From assembly GCA_051362555.1 (NCBI GenBank), contig CM120643.1, positions 6,262,001-6,326,000 on the forward strand: a stretch of 64,000 bases of DNA. Reading direction: 5' to 3'. A program made the position numbers and the translations under genes. The notes under the pieces were generated by a model that was given only the letters and a program-made list of their open reading frames with translations, was not told where the DNA came from and did not search any database. Position 1 is the first letter of the stretch. Each line of letters starts with the position of its first letter. Shown here piece by piece: positions 12,925 through 38,564 of the stretch. This DNA is from Lingula anatina (Eukaryota > Animalia > Brachiopoda).

Positions 12925-15310
12925 AAAATTGGTCTTAACTGCATACGCAAATGTCCACAATAAGTACCTGTACATGTACATGAGGTAGTGAAATAGGAAT
13001 GGCTTCTTAGAACGTGGATCGTAAGAAAGACCTGGGAAATGTGCAACACTGAGAAGTTATTACAATAGGATTTCTACAAATTGTGATTAAATCACCTGCT
13101 GCTGCAATAGCCTGGGGAACGGGATAGGGGCAATGTCATCGGTCCCATGGCCTCTTTGGTCTGTATACAGTTCATATGTATATTAATGCAAGCCTGGAAG
13201 GACAGCATAAACAGTTGCTTGCCAACTTTTTGGAAGAGAAGACACGTTGTGTTACCTGCATTAATATTGGCAGCTACGCGTCATATGAGTGTTTACAATC
13301 TTATTGTGCACTTTTCTGGCGAAATATCATGGAAGACAGAACGTTAAGTTTCAAAACGTACAAGATTAAAATTAAATTGAATAACAAACACGGCAATAAA
13401 GCTGTATGTTATTTTACCAGTTAAGGTCGCTTTATCTATGGCAACTTTTTAAAAATTTTACTTAAAGATTTAGACATTACCTCACAAGTTTGTCAATATA
13501 TTGACGTACATATTTTTTCTTACCTTTATGACGCCATCAATTAACTTACAACAAAAAAGTTTGACGTTATAGTCCATTAATTTTAACTATAAGAATTGAT
13601 ATACCGTCACACATGCCAGAACAAGATGCAATCTCAATTTCTTGTAACTACTACTAATTAATTCCTGTAACAAATGAAAAACATAAATACCAAACAAGGT
13701 ACAATGACTTTCTCCTTATCTATAATAAAATGAACTATACACACATACACAAATCTTGTAGTGCATGTATAGCTACGACCAAATCTTGTTTCGATCAACA
13801 GTCTCGTCTTTAGTCACGTTTGCACGACCTTTAGCCTGCAACAGTCGTTTACTTTTCCGTTGATCTTTGAAATTTAACAAATCCCATTAGATTTTATTAA
13901 TGTGTTGGTAGTGTCACCTGATACACAGCAAGCTTCCACCATTTAACTTTTGTACGTGCCTGAGAGTTAAACAGTACCGGTTCACTTCAGTAGACCTGCA
14001 AAATGTACCCGTCATATGTGTCTGCAATATGCAACGTCAACAGTTATTAGTACAATTGAAACCTTCCTTGATAATATCAGTTGCTTCCATATGGTTTTCT
14101 TTTCAATGAGATGTGAATATTATTCTCATCCAGGTAAGCAAATGAGTCTTTGCAATCTACTACTGTAAGATTCCTGATCACAGATAACGATCGGCAGTTA
14201 AGGCCGATTTTATCTCTTAACCAGGTGTGCAGCAGCTAATTACAAAAGCCTGTAAAGGAAATCAACCAGGTAAATAACTCATCCTCACTGACACAAGTGG
14301 TCAGGCACTGTGAAGTATGATATCTTCGGATAAAGCCTGCCAACTTTTACATAGAAGTCAATGCGATCCGCCATGTTGCCCGATTTGTTTTACCCCAGAT
14401 GCCGGTTGCTAAGGTAAAGTGCCCGGATGACCGACTGTCCCTATGTCTGCATATTATTTGTAAAATATGTGGTTTTGCTGACTGATGGACTTTTGATCGT
14501 CTGAGAGAAAGGAAAATATTAACCTTTTATAGAGGCCGTCCTATAATATCACCTCCCCCTTGCGTTGTTGATCAACATTCTCAATGAGAGCATCAGATGA
14601 TTTGCCTGACCTCGTCATAACCCAGTGGGCAAATTATGTTGTTTTAACGCTGAAACAACGTTGAACCATAACATTGATAATACGTTGGATAAACATTGGA
14701 TTTGAAAGTTGACTCAACGTCAGATAACAACATTGTATCAACGCCAGTTGTTAGACAACATGCTTGCATGAAAAGACATTAAAATGACCTGAAATGTTTT
14801 TATTTTGGTACGAAACACAGGTACACAATTATAACGTTCACTGTAAAAACATCCAAGTGCCTGCTTTGTCTGATTTTTTCAACGCATTTAGCTCCTAAGC
14901 ATGTTTTGCACCTAAGCATGGTACACCCTTTTAGCCAGGATGTGTTTAGCAGTAGGACATGTTTGATGGCTAAATATATGTAGGGTATATATGTATGGCC
15001 TTTAAATTAGGATTTACAAGGTTTAATTAATTATTGAAAACGTGATACTTTGTTTATCAATACTAGCTGTAACTAACTGTAACTAAAATGATTTTATGTA
15101 AAGGTGACAGTTGTTTTGTGTCTTTAGTGAACTAGTGAATTTTCTTAACTTGTTATTCAGAAATACATTCCAATAAACTTCCTTGCAAACTAGGACAGCT
15201 AACACTAGAATGAATACATGTAGATCGCTGTAAATGTGATGGAACAAAGTCAACAAAGTTGACAGTTCTCGGTACCCTCTTATGGATAGGTTGAGGTGGC
15301 TGTGACTTTG

Positions 15311-15311
<1 letters not shown>

Positions 15312-15359
<48 letters not shown>
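15312..15359. repeat. (TA)n microsatellite
   Basis: Direct observation; a second (TA)n at 15697-15764 is the Tc1 target. Confidence 0.95.
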
Positions 15360-15362
<3 letters not shown>

Positions 15363-15694
15363 TCACAGTATGTATGTATATATATTTTTTTCTTATATAT
15401 AAGAAAATAAAGTTCTATATATACATACATGTATATATATGTATACATATATGTCGCCATTTTGACGGTATCTTCGATGTATTTTCTGCTTTTTCTGCTT
15501 TTATAACAGCATCCTCCTTGCTCATGCAGCTTCTTTGATTTGTTATTGAGACATATATATATATACACAACAATGTCATGAGAATTTGGTCGGCCATGTA
15601 GATTTAAATTACATTCTTGTTATGGCCCCCCTGCAGTGCACCACTAGCAAAGATTGAACTATATATACATATTCTTATATATGTAAGAAAATAA

Positions 15695-15764
<70 letters not shown>

Positions 15765-15768
<4 letters not shown>

Positions 15769-18700
15769 CTTGACATTTAACATGGAATATTTTTTCCAAA
15801 ACATAATTCATCAGTTTTTTTTCCTATTTTGACTGATAAATGAAAATAAGGATTATAATCGTGTTTTAATATCTTTTGATAATCTCTTCGATGTCATTGT
15901 GACATCAGTTCATTAATTGAATTCGTCAGTGAAGCAAACAAAAATACATTGCCTATTTTCAGTCATACGACAACCATTGAAAGCGATATTTTGGATCTCC
16001 ATATTTTCCTAATTACCCAGCTAGAATGAGAGCCCCGGCTGCCCACAGGAGCCCAGGCTGCCAGAGAGACTGCCAGGGAGACTGTCCTTTTGCAGTCTGG
16101 GGCTCCAGTGTGCAGTCTCCTTGAGCAGGCAGACTGCAAAGGGGGCTGCAATAACTTAAACATTTTGCAGGGGACTGCAAAGGGGGCTTCAATAACTTCA
16201 ACATTTTGCAGGGGACTGCAAAGGAGGCTGCAATAACTTAGGCATTTTTGCAGGAGACTGCAAAGGGGGCTGCAATAACTTAAATATTTTGCACGGGACT
16301 GCAAAGGAGGCTGCAATAACTGACATTTTTAACGTTGCCCAACGTATGCAATAAAAAACCCAATAGTTACTTAAAAAGTGTTTCTATTTGCAACTGAGAA
16401 GCATGTATGCTAATCTTTTGATCAGTTATCAGGCTTAAAAGAAAACATTTTCTTTTTATTAAGAGCTTGTCAAAATGACTTTAAAATTGTTTGGGTTAAA
16501 AGCAGTTGTTGGCTTTAATCCTCCAAGCTATATATACACTCATATATAGTACATTTACTTCACCTATAAAAAATAACTGAGTGAACAGATTTATATTTTT
16601 TAAATAATGCTGTGAAAATATTATATGCTTAATCATTGCTATTATTATCATTGAAATTAGACAAATGATTGAAGTCTTATTTTAATATACAATTGCACAA
16701 TGTATAAATTTAAAACCTCACAGTTAGCATCAATTTAAGTTGGACTTAAAATCAACTGGTAACTTTCAATAGACCAAATTCATTTCAAGCTAGGGGCATG
16801 TTTATCTTAACTGTCAGTTTGATATAAACAGTCTGCCTACAGCTTGCTCAATGAGATCAAATTACTATACTGGACAGTACATAGCACAGTTTAAACAGGC
16901 AGTAGTCCGTTGGGCTGATTCAAATATCTAAGCCAGAAGCTATAGGTCAGGAATGTTCTAAGGAAGAGGCAAGAAATCTGAAAACATTGATTTCTGGATT
17001 GAAAAAGAAGACATTTTAAGGAAATATAGAAAGAAAAATGAAGAGATAAAGAGACAGGATAAGAAGTGAGCATGCAAGCCTTTTTGGTTTTGTATTTTCC
17101 TACATGTATAGTTTACTGATGCACCAGGATCCATAGAGCCTTGGAAAGTGTTCAATTTTAACCCAGCACTTTGAATTCTGTTTGTGGTTTTAAAAAGTAC
17201 TTGGAATTGCTATTAGGCTAGAAAAAGGTTTGCATTTAACCATTATGGGCCTTGTAAAATTCTTATTTTAAATTCTTTAGTTTTTGGCATGAATATCAAC
17301 AATAATTCACAGATGAGGATAATTACCTTTTAAAACATCTCTGTACATTTCATCATCATGCAGTGTGTTAAAAATACCAAGTTTAAATGAAATGAGCCTT
17401 TTTTCCTTTGGTATGTACACTTTAAAATTGTATTAGTGTATAACTTGCCCTCATTAGTTGAAAAAACCTTAAAAATTACTTGAAATATTGCTGTTATGTG
17501 TCTGTATATATGAATCCTGGTCAGTGAATTCTGTGATAGAGTTTTTGGAATGATTAAATAACATACAGTAGAATTCCCAGCCCTCTGCTAATATGGGCTT
17601 TGTAGAAAAATATGTATATGTAAAGCAGTAAACTGAAGTAAATTGTTTGGAGAGAAATAAACCAATATGTTAGATATAAATGGATCAGATAACATACATT
17701 TTATGATCGAGGGGAAATTTTGTATTTAGATTTGAACTTAAACATACTTTGGAGAATGATTATTTCTAAATTCCTTTTGATAAATGTAATTATTGTTTGA
17801 ATATACAAAAAATAAATAAATAAATAAAATATATAAAAAAAAGATTTTACCAAATTTTATTTTGCCAGTTGCCTAGGGAGACTGCAGAGTAGACTGCTAG
17901 AGGGGCTGCCAAGCAGACTGCCAGGGGGACTGCCAAGCAGACTGCTAGGGGGGCTGCCAAGCAGACTGCTAGGGGGACTGCCCAGGCAGTCCCTCTGGCA
18001 GCGTGTTCCAAAAATGCAAATTAAGACTGCCAGGGAGACTGCCAAGCAGACTGCTAGGGGGGCTGCCAAAGCAGACTGCTAGGGGGACTGCCCAGGCAGT
18101 CCCTCTGGCAGCGCGTTCCAAAAATGCAAATTAAGACTGCCAGAGGGACTGCCAAGCAGACTGCCAAGGGGGCTGCCAAGCAGACTGCTAGGGGGACTGC
18201 CAAGCAGACTGCTAGGGGGGCTGCTAAAGCAGACTGCTAGGGGGACTGCCCAGGCAGTCCCCCTGGCAGCGCGTTCCAAAAATGCAAATTAAGACTGCCA
18301 AGGGGACTCCCTCCATACTTAAGGATACCTGCAAAGGAGGCTGCTATGGGAGCGGGGACTGCTAGGGAGACTGCAAAGCAGGCTCCATGGGGGGACTGTA
18401 AAGGAGACTGCAAGCAGACTGCAAAGGGGACTACTTTTCTAGCTGGGTATTGTCTTTAAAAGAGTTACACGCCCCACAAAGGCCCCCCATGTCAGTGTCT
18501 AGTCACAGCAACAGTCGCTGTTACGCTTGACCTCATCTTGCTGCTACCAGAGCTTTCAAGCCGCAAGGCATTTCTTATGATAGGCTTTTTAGAGTTTAAT
18601 CTGGAATAAAATTCCAGAATACGGTTAAAACTTGTCCAATTTGGCTCAGTTTTGATGTAGGACATGCAGCCCTTTGATTCGGTGAGTAATGACCTACCCA

Positions 18701-19849
18701 CATATTGTCTATGTGGTTCAAATATGGCGATTTTGATGACCAAGGTAGCTACTCATTCCCTTGGTTCTGTAAGTTATCTGCTATTAAATGTGCTCTGTGT
18801 GAACCGGCAACCTCACCCTGCAACCTAAAATTGTTCCTAAGGTGCCCCCTATCAAATAATAGTCAAGTGGTTCCCAGATTTATTTGATCTGGTTCAGGTT
18901 TTCATCGATGACTACCATTGGTGTTTTGGCACCAATATGGTATCCACTCCAAATACTGACACTGTCAATGACCCTAGTCACTTAAGAAGTGGCACACGTT
19001 TCGTCGAAGGCCTCTTCAGAATGTCTGTAAACTCTGTTTTGACCAGTTTAGCAGTACAGGTTAAATCTGACCTCAATAAAGAAAGCCACGCGGTTTCAGT
19101 GTTTTACCCAGAAACTGTCATGGTCTCCAATTCATTAGAGAAACAGACTAGGCTGCTTTGCTGTTTACAGTGGCTTCCTCAGAGGTCACCTGGAATCCTA
19201 ACCTGCTGAAATCAGTTTGGTGTTTGCTAAGAGCCTTGAAAAACAAGTTTTGGTGACAATTTGTCCCTCATTCAAAACGGACTGGGTGGTTTTGGTTTAA
19301 TTGAAGTAGCGTATCCTGAAGGACAGTGAGTCCTATACCCTGGTGGTAAGACGTCAATGCATTGGGCTTGGTCTCTGTGTACTGCCTCAAACTGAGCATA
19401 ACTCTATAAAACTGTGTAGACCGTTCCGTTTGACACAATAATCTGTCTGGCAATGTCTGTGTTTTTCGCGCCATTCTGGCGCAGCTTAACAGTTTTGTAA
19501 AACGCTGCTTAACTCATTTTACACACTGCAAAACCGACCGCTTGCATGCAAAATTTCAAATTCTTCTATGCAGTATTTGCCGACATATGGATACTTTTTT
19601 GACAGAACCATCCTTCGCCAAAGCCAAGCTTTGACTAGCCCAAAGGAGCACTGCCCAATTAAATTACTGCATATTACACAAGGCAGCAGTGCAACAGACT
19701 TGGTAGTCAGTTAATTGGCAGCGACACAACTGACTTCACACTTCTCCAGTCAGATGTCTTATATGAAATCTGAATTTTTTTAAAAAGAACGCATTTTTAC
19801 CTAGGTATACCTTCAAAACTGAAATATTCCATATTAAATGTCAAGTCTG
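15765..19849 (-). mobile_element. Tc1-like element, family A (degenerate transposase ~19474-18492), interrupted by an EnSpm-like insert
   Basis: TIRs cagacttgacatttaa(c/t)atggaatatt with TA flanks; minus-strand remnants SVSIWSGYHIGAKTP and LPWSSKSPYLNHIDNMW; homologous to 62163-63823. Confidence 0.9.
16016..18447. mobile_element. EnSpm/CMC-like non-autonomous element with gactgc repeat arrays
   Basis: Termini cccagctagaa / ttctagctggg; 2-bp TA TSD confirmed by the empty site in the Tc1 paralog near 63570; subterminal arrays 16050-16320 and 17860-18430. Confidence 0.85.
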
Positions 19850-20348
19850 TATATACTGTGAGTATATATATATATAACAAAGTCACAGCCAGCAGGCATA
19901 GTGGCATAGCCAGCAGGCATAGTTAGTTACAGTATTGATAAACAAAGTATCACGTTTTCAGTAATTAATATTTTAAATTACAATCCATGTCTTGCATCAC
20001 GACGACCAAACAACAACGTTGAGTCAATGATCAAAATACAATGTTGAGTCAACATCACATTATGACGGTGTTTTGACGTGGCTGGATCAACGTTGATTTT
20101 ACGTTGAATTTAGGTAGATCAAGGGCAATTCAACGTATCAACCTGTTTTCAACGTTGATCCAACGTCACTATGCCTGCTGGGTATAGAGACGTATCTATT
20201 GGGATGAATATTTTATTAGGACATTTATCGATATGGCGGATCCCACAAAATACTCTTTTATATTAGTTCTGAATCGACCCTCCATCTGCGAGATGTTGGA
20301 ATTAAACAACATCTCTCAGGTTTCAGATTACGGCACATGTAGGAAAAC

Positions 20349-20383
20349 GCTGAGTCATGGAATATTCTAGAATATTCTGGAAA
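20349..20383 (+). promoter_or_regulatory. AP-1/ARE site abutting a perfect 5-unit heat shock element
   Basis: gcTGAGTCAt (20349-58; reverse ATGACTCAGC fits the ARE core RTGACnnnGC) followed by gGAAt aTTCt aGAAt aTTCt gGAAa (20359-83). Confidence 0.7.
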
Positions 20384-20451
20384 TGTGAAAAAAAAAGTTC
20401 CGTCTTTACATATACAGTAAATAGTCAGATACAGAAGGGCAGAGTAGTGAG

Positions 20452-20512
20452 ATGGAGCTCATTTCCTTCGTAGGCTTAATAGTCATAATAGCAATACTGG
20501 TAGTTACGTTCC
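20452..20512 (+). CDS. Putative first exon encoding a hydrophobic signal-anchor segment (MELISFVGLIVIIAILVVTF)
   Basis: ATG in good context (gagATGg) 70 bp after the HSE; strong donor C|GTAAGT at 20512/13; phase 1, so out of frame with the KLC exon at 20821. Confidence 0.45.
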
Positions 20513-20585
20513 GTAAGTATTTTGAAATTTTTTCATTTAAAATTGAAGTTGTTTCTTATATCTTACCAACAGTACAGTACTCTTA

Positions 20586-20659
20586 GACCCCATTTCCAGA
20601 GTTTAGTTCGATCTACTTTAGATCGACCTAACTCCCTGGGGGTTCACGCTAAATAGCTG
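20586..20659. mobile_element. Truncated PIF/Harbinger-like MITE (family H1)
   Basis: Matches the first ~75 bp of 24409-24623. Confidence 0.7.
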
Positions 20660-20796
20660 GAAGAAGAAAAGATAAAAAGTAGTAATTATTTTAGAATAAC
20701 AGTTAAAACATCTCCACTTTGTAGAGGGATTAGTGGTTTTAGATTGCCATGGATATGATGTCAAAGAAAAATTATATTGACAGAGATCCATTCTAA

Positions 20797-33543
<12,747 letters not shown>

Positions 33544-33565
33544 GTCGTCATAATAGAACAGCTTG

Positions 33566-34209
33566 TTAGGATGCTTAAATATATGATATGTAAATAATGC
33601 AACTTCAATATGTAGCATTATCACCTATTTTTGTGAGTTTGGCCTAAATACTTTGGCTGCGTCTCCATTTCATGCTGTCATTTATTAAGTTTTCCCTTGA
33701 TTGTGAAATAACTGTGCATGAGGGGTATCAACTTTAATGTTTTGGTTCAGGCTCTTGATGCTGTGCGGCAAACCAAGATTGCTGAAGTGCTCGGAAGCGA
33801 ATGCAAAGATCAAAATACCCCAAAAGAGAAGATGCACTCCAGCAGTAAAGATTGCATGTGCCAAGACTCTGCAGATAGTGTCTCGTGTGACAAGAGTGGT
33901 GGTAATGCTAATGAGTAAGGGTTAGTACATTATGTTCAAAACATCCAGATCTCTCCATTTGAGTTTTGATCATCAAATGGGTGTCATTTTTTTTTCAGAA
34001 ATGTGAAATAAAATGTAGTTGCATGGACTTCAGTAAACTTTACCTACAGCATGCTGACATTTTTGATAACAGTACTGAACAGTGTGTATATATACATACA
34101 TATGTATTTTGTTTGGTTTTCGTTACAGGATAATCGCCGCTCGAGTATTTAAGTCGTCATAATTAACAGAACAGCAAGTACCGATCATATATCACAAGGA
34201 CATTTCTAA
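33566..34209 (+). pseudogene. KLC: Local rearranged duplication of KLC 3' segments
   Basis: 33566-33914 copies 29254-29607 (exon copy from 33751); 33914-34175 copies 33303-33562. Confidence 0.85.
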
Positions 34210-36816
34210 TGCTTCCTTTTGTTGTCTATTTAATGTAAAGTAGACTGAATTTATGTGGACATAAACCAAATGAAATCAACATAGCAGCCAGCTGATCAAG
34301 ATTTTCACTCACCTTGGAGATTGAGAGCTGTATATAAGCACTGCTTGCAAAACATTGAAGATGGAATTGAAAACTGTTAATCTGTTAAATACTACAAACA
34401 CCAAATGTTTGTTGTTCTTGCCGTAGGGTATCCTTATATCGAGTATCTTGATCAGCTGGCTATACTGAAATGCCAAATTTGGACCTTGGATATTATTAAA
34501 TGTAGATTTATCAATCTGGAGTGTGTAATGGCTAAAAGTTCTCAATACAAATACATGTAGTATATCTTGGCGGTTTGGGACAGCACAGAGTTCAATGTTT
34601 TTTCCCTTTTTTGTCACAATGCAACAAGGTACTGGCAGCGCTTGATATATAGCCAAGAGCAATGGACATTATGAAAGGAACTTGTCTCTTCATAAAAGTA
34701 TGAATGTTTAACTCATAATTGTAGGAATTTGTAGTGCTGTCCCCAATATTAAATACCAGTATCCAGCTTTTCTGTCAATATGTGCTAGTAATTAATCTAC
34801 TTCATTGTAAAAAAAAGTTGGTATGAATGTGAATTTAAGCTAAATAATTATATGAATGATGTTCATGTAATTTATTATGTTTTACAATGCTCAAGCACTG
34901 CACTTAAATTAATTGGGTTATTTGATTGGGTTATTATATTTAGAAGGTGTGGGTGAAAGTGAATGGCAAGACAAAAACATTATGATCCAGAAAGACAGTA
35001 CTAGATGACTATTAAATTTTCAAAATAGTGCTAATATGGTAAATTTACATTCTAGTTGGGGCTCTGGAATCTTGGGGCCCCTTGAATCCTAAATTGGAAG
35101 CTTGGGTAAGTTAGCCTCAGCATGTTCGTTATTAAGTACTGTATTTACTGTAGGGTTTTGACAACAAAGGATGTTGTATTTCGAGGAAGCTGACAACTTT
35201 CCCCCTTGTTAGAAAATCTAGCCAAGAAAGTAAGGGCAGCTTCATTTTAGATTTACGAGAAGCAGACATCTCAATGCAGTGACAACAAGATTTGCTATGG
35301 TACCATACCATGGTGTGATCTGTCAGGTGTCTGGACTTCACTGGAACAATGTGGTAAATGAAATTGTCAGTAATTTTTACATTCCATAAGGGCAAGAGTA
35401 CTTATAACTTGCTGATGTACCATTGTTATAAGATTGGGAGAGGTGTTGAGACTAGTTGTCAAGTAAAACCAAAGCAGGTCATTCACTTTGAAAAGGCACG
35501 TTCTTACATTTGATTTGAGGATCCTTAGTCTTTAGTCAGCTTGAGAAAGATACATTTTGTTATGTTACCTCTTATTTTTGTTAACTTATATTGGGGCAAA
35601 AGATGTTTTTTGGTTTAGTAACAGGTGAAGAGTATTTAATCTACAACAGTGTTCTGATGGTTTCTTTTAAGAAAATTTGCAGTTAATTTGCAGTAAATGC
35701 AAACATTTGTAGTACATGGGGCCTTCATAAATCAAGGTATAGCCAAAACTGATAAAGAATGTTACTCCTTTTCCGGTGCAGATCTGTACAATTTATATAT
35801 CAATTCTAATTCAAGAAATAATTTTTTTCAGTACATATCTTCATAATTTATGTTTTTTTTTTTTATGTAAAGATGGTGGGACTATTAAGTAATCTAGTTT
35901 ATGAAGGCCTTTTTCTAGACAATTCAACTCAAATTGCTTTCTCTGAACTGACGACCTTTATGTTGGAGTTGATCATGGTTTCTGTGTTTGTCAGTTTCCT
36001 ATGAAATAAATATAGTATGTAATGGCTTATAACATTTCTTTATTTTTTCTTATTTAAAGAACAAAATTAAGTACAACAGATCCAGACATAGTGAAAGATT
36101 CAAATTCCACAAGTTTGGTCCAATGCCTGGAAATAAACTTCCAGTACAGATGCCATACATCTTCCTGAAACAAAATGAAAATATGCTTTGCACCATTTCT
36201 TGCTAATTTGTAAAAAGAAAATTTGATTACTCTCTAAATCAAGCACAACGTCCATTAATGCAAGTTCGGTAAAATTTGAACAAAATATTGCAAATAAAAA
36301 AAAAATCCAGGACCATTAATGAGTCAATTTCACAACCATATCTACTAATGGATCTGCACCAGAAATGGTAAAGGAGTGTAAACAACAAAAAATTGACTTA
36401 GAAACACCCAAAGGTTCAATGCAATACAGATTGTTTACAGTGTTACTGAAAATTCACAAAATGGTATGAACCAGACTTTTAAAAAATACTAAAGAAAGTC
36501 CTAATATCAATACTAGAGTATAGTAAACTTAAAAAGTACAGTACAAAATACAGCAAAAAAAAAAAAAAACAGCTGCCATCTAAAACATTTATGTGCACAA
36601 CATGTATAAAATATAAGTATAATATAAGTACAGGAAAAAACTACAGTGCTGTAGTAATAGATAATATGTAAAGCTCTCAGTTACACCAAATCATCTTAGT
36701 GTTCTGGAGAATAGTAGTGAGATCATGTAACTGACAATATACCTATAACTTCCCATAAAAATATATATAAATGAATGAATAGTCATCCTCCAAAGTCAAT
36801 CGTTTTCGTAGTCTTT

Positions 36817-37993
36817 TCAGTTTTCTTCCTCCTCCTCTTCTCCTTCTTCATCCTCTCCATCCAGATCCTCCTCTTCTTCATCATCAACTACATCCTCTTC
36901 GCCTTCCTCATCTTCAGCCTCTGCCTCCTCACCCTCGACCTGGGCCACATCTGCCCCATTGGTTGCTTTCTTACAAGGTGCCTCATTGCTGGTTGTCCGG
37001 GACCGCGCAAAATTTAGCTATGTATCAAATTTAGAAAGGGGCTCGAAATACGGACACCGTTGAATCTTTTAATTCGGATAACATGTTAACATTATCTTCC
37101 AAGTTCATATAGTTATGTGTAAATTGCTATGAGGAAATCCAACGCTGACAACAATAATTCAATCAATCAGTTTCAATCATTTAATGTTCACTCGTCGCTT
37201 GCTCAAGTACATTCTGACGATATGTTGAATATTACACCCTTTAGTATCTTACTAAGACAATGGCTTCATGAACTTCCTAATCAATGGCTTCTTAATCAGA
37301 ATAGTAAACAAGCCTACTCTGCCTATGTAGACTTTACATAACATATTATAAGGAGTTACAGACTACAGTAAAAAGTTATTACGTGAAGTTACCGAAATTG
37401 CCTGTGAATTACTTGATGTCTCCGACATGGTGTCAGTCAGTGAGGAGATAACATTGTAATCCTTGAGGTTGTCCTGAGATAAAGCAGGGTTCTCTGGTCT
37501 GTTCAACAGAAACACACCAACGACAGTTTACAAGCAGCTTGAGCCTCTGAAAAATACAACAAAAAAGGGTAGAAGTAAATTTTAGACATTAGTTCATGGG
37601 CAATCCATAAAAATTTATGTTCAATTATGCATTTTGAATCAAACTCAAATTTATATGACCCTGATATTAATTCAATTCAAAACATGCATGCATAGAATAG
37701 AAAATGGACAAAAATCATTGTAGAAATTGCACCAGCTTGTAACTAGTAATGTGCTACAATTCTCTAATCATGCACACAAAGCTTCTGAATGCATATAATC
37801 AAGGTTTTCGATCTGAAAGTAAGATAAACCTAGCAACATCAATTTTCACTAATGGATAATTGCGCCTACCTGCTGGTGTGTTTGTCACATAGAGTGTCTC
37901 CTCTGGCTTAACCCCAATGTCATTGATAATGTTCTTATAGCTTGCCATTTCAGTCTTTGACCCATCTTTGGAGTCAAAGAAACCAGACAGACA
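36817..37993 (-). pseudogene. ENOPH1: 3' fragment of an enolase-phosphatase E1-like gene with acidic tail
   Basis: Exon 37993-37870 CLSGFFDSKDGSKTEMASYKNIINDIGVKPEETLYVTNTPA; exon from 37546 EAQAACK / frameshift / LLNRPENPALSQDNLKDYNVISSLTD, matching the ENOPH1 C-terminus (GHFDT..G.K.E..SY..I...ILFLTD...EA.AA...RPGN); insertion at 36998-37416; E/D-rich tail to TGA at 36817. No upstream exons found. Confidence 0.72.
36998..37416. mobile_element. Unclassified 419-bp insertion in the ENOPH1-like last exon
   Basis: TGTC on both sides; removal restores the frame ...DTMSET-TSNEAPCKK.... Confidence 0.6.
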
Positions 37994-38564
37994 CTGAAAC
38001 AAAAAATGTTCATTTATGATACATGACAGATAATTGGTGTTTTTTTTTAAATTAAAATACTGAAATACATATAAAAAAGTTTTCTATTATACTCTCTTTC
38101 CCTATTACTTATCTAACAATGACAAAAATTGATTGAAAATATACACTGAAGCTTAGAGGAAGACCTAGATGTTATATGAATATCTTTCTTATACTAAAGT
38201 CACTCTAATCCTTTGTTGATGTTCAACAATGTCATAAGACTAGTTACTTTTATGAATGAATATAATATAAACCACAGTCAACATTTTCGTCATTTACGGC
38301 CAAGTGGAACACCTTTTAGCATTTTCCCAATTATCTTTTTGCTGTGTGTTAGAGTTTATAATTATAACAGAGAGTAATTACAGACAGTTGAGAGAAAGAT
38401 AAAAACTGCCTCTGTTCTAATATCAATATATTCCTAAATTTCATCTTATTAGTTGCCATAGCAATTGGGTCATAATTCTATTTATCTTATACTATGGTTA
38501 ACAACAAAATGAGAGGAATTAATCATAATTGAAAATAACCTTGTCCAAAGAATTAATATTAAGG

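Larger units (their letters stand above)
9691..14442. mobile_element. Non-autonomous DNA transposon with ~300-bp TIRs (ISL2EU/Harbinger-related), carrying nested inserts
   Basis: 9691-9990 is the inverted complement of ~14148-14442 (agggacagtcgg.../...ccgactgtccct); AT on both sides (9689-90, 14443-44), the TSD described for ISL2EU. Superfamily is inferred. Confidence 0.75.
14621..20182. mobile_element. Composite EnSpm/CMC-like element with caacgttg subterminal repeats, containing nested Tc1 and EnSpm inserts
   Basis: cccagtgggc at 14621 and gcctgctggg at 20182; caacgttga-type repeats at both ends; internal inverted matches 15025-15075/19921-19975 and 15298-15370/19854-19890. TSD imperfect (aa vs ta). 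Confidence 0.6.

Noticed and set aside
10008-12963. ORFs rich in PDLAQIWQ / ARSGP motifs
   Set aside because: Translations of EnSpm-like subterminal repeat arrays, open on both strands; not genes.
15153-15804. YIYIYI ORFs
   Set aside because: (TA)n microsatellites.
15963-18279. ORFs with SLLGSPP or CSPL repeats
   Set aside because: Translations of the gactgc subterminal arrays of the 16016-18447 element.
34309-34662. 117-aa minus-strand ORF
   Set aside because: No motif and AT-rich; lies in the probable KLC 3' UTR.
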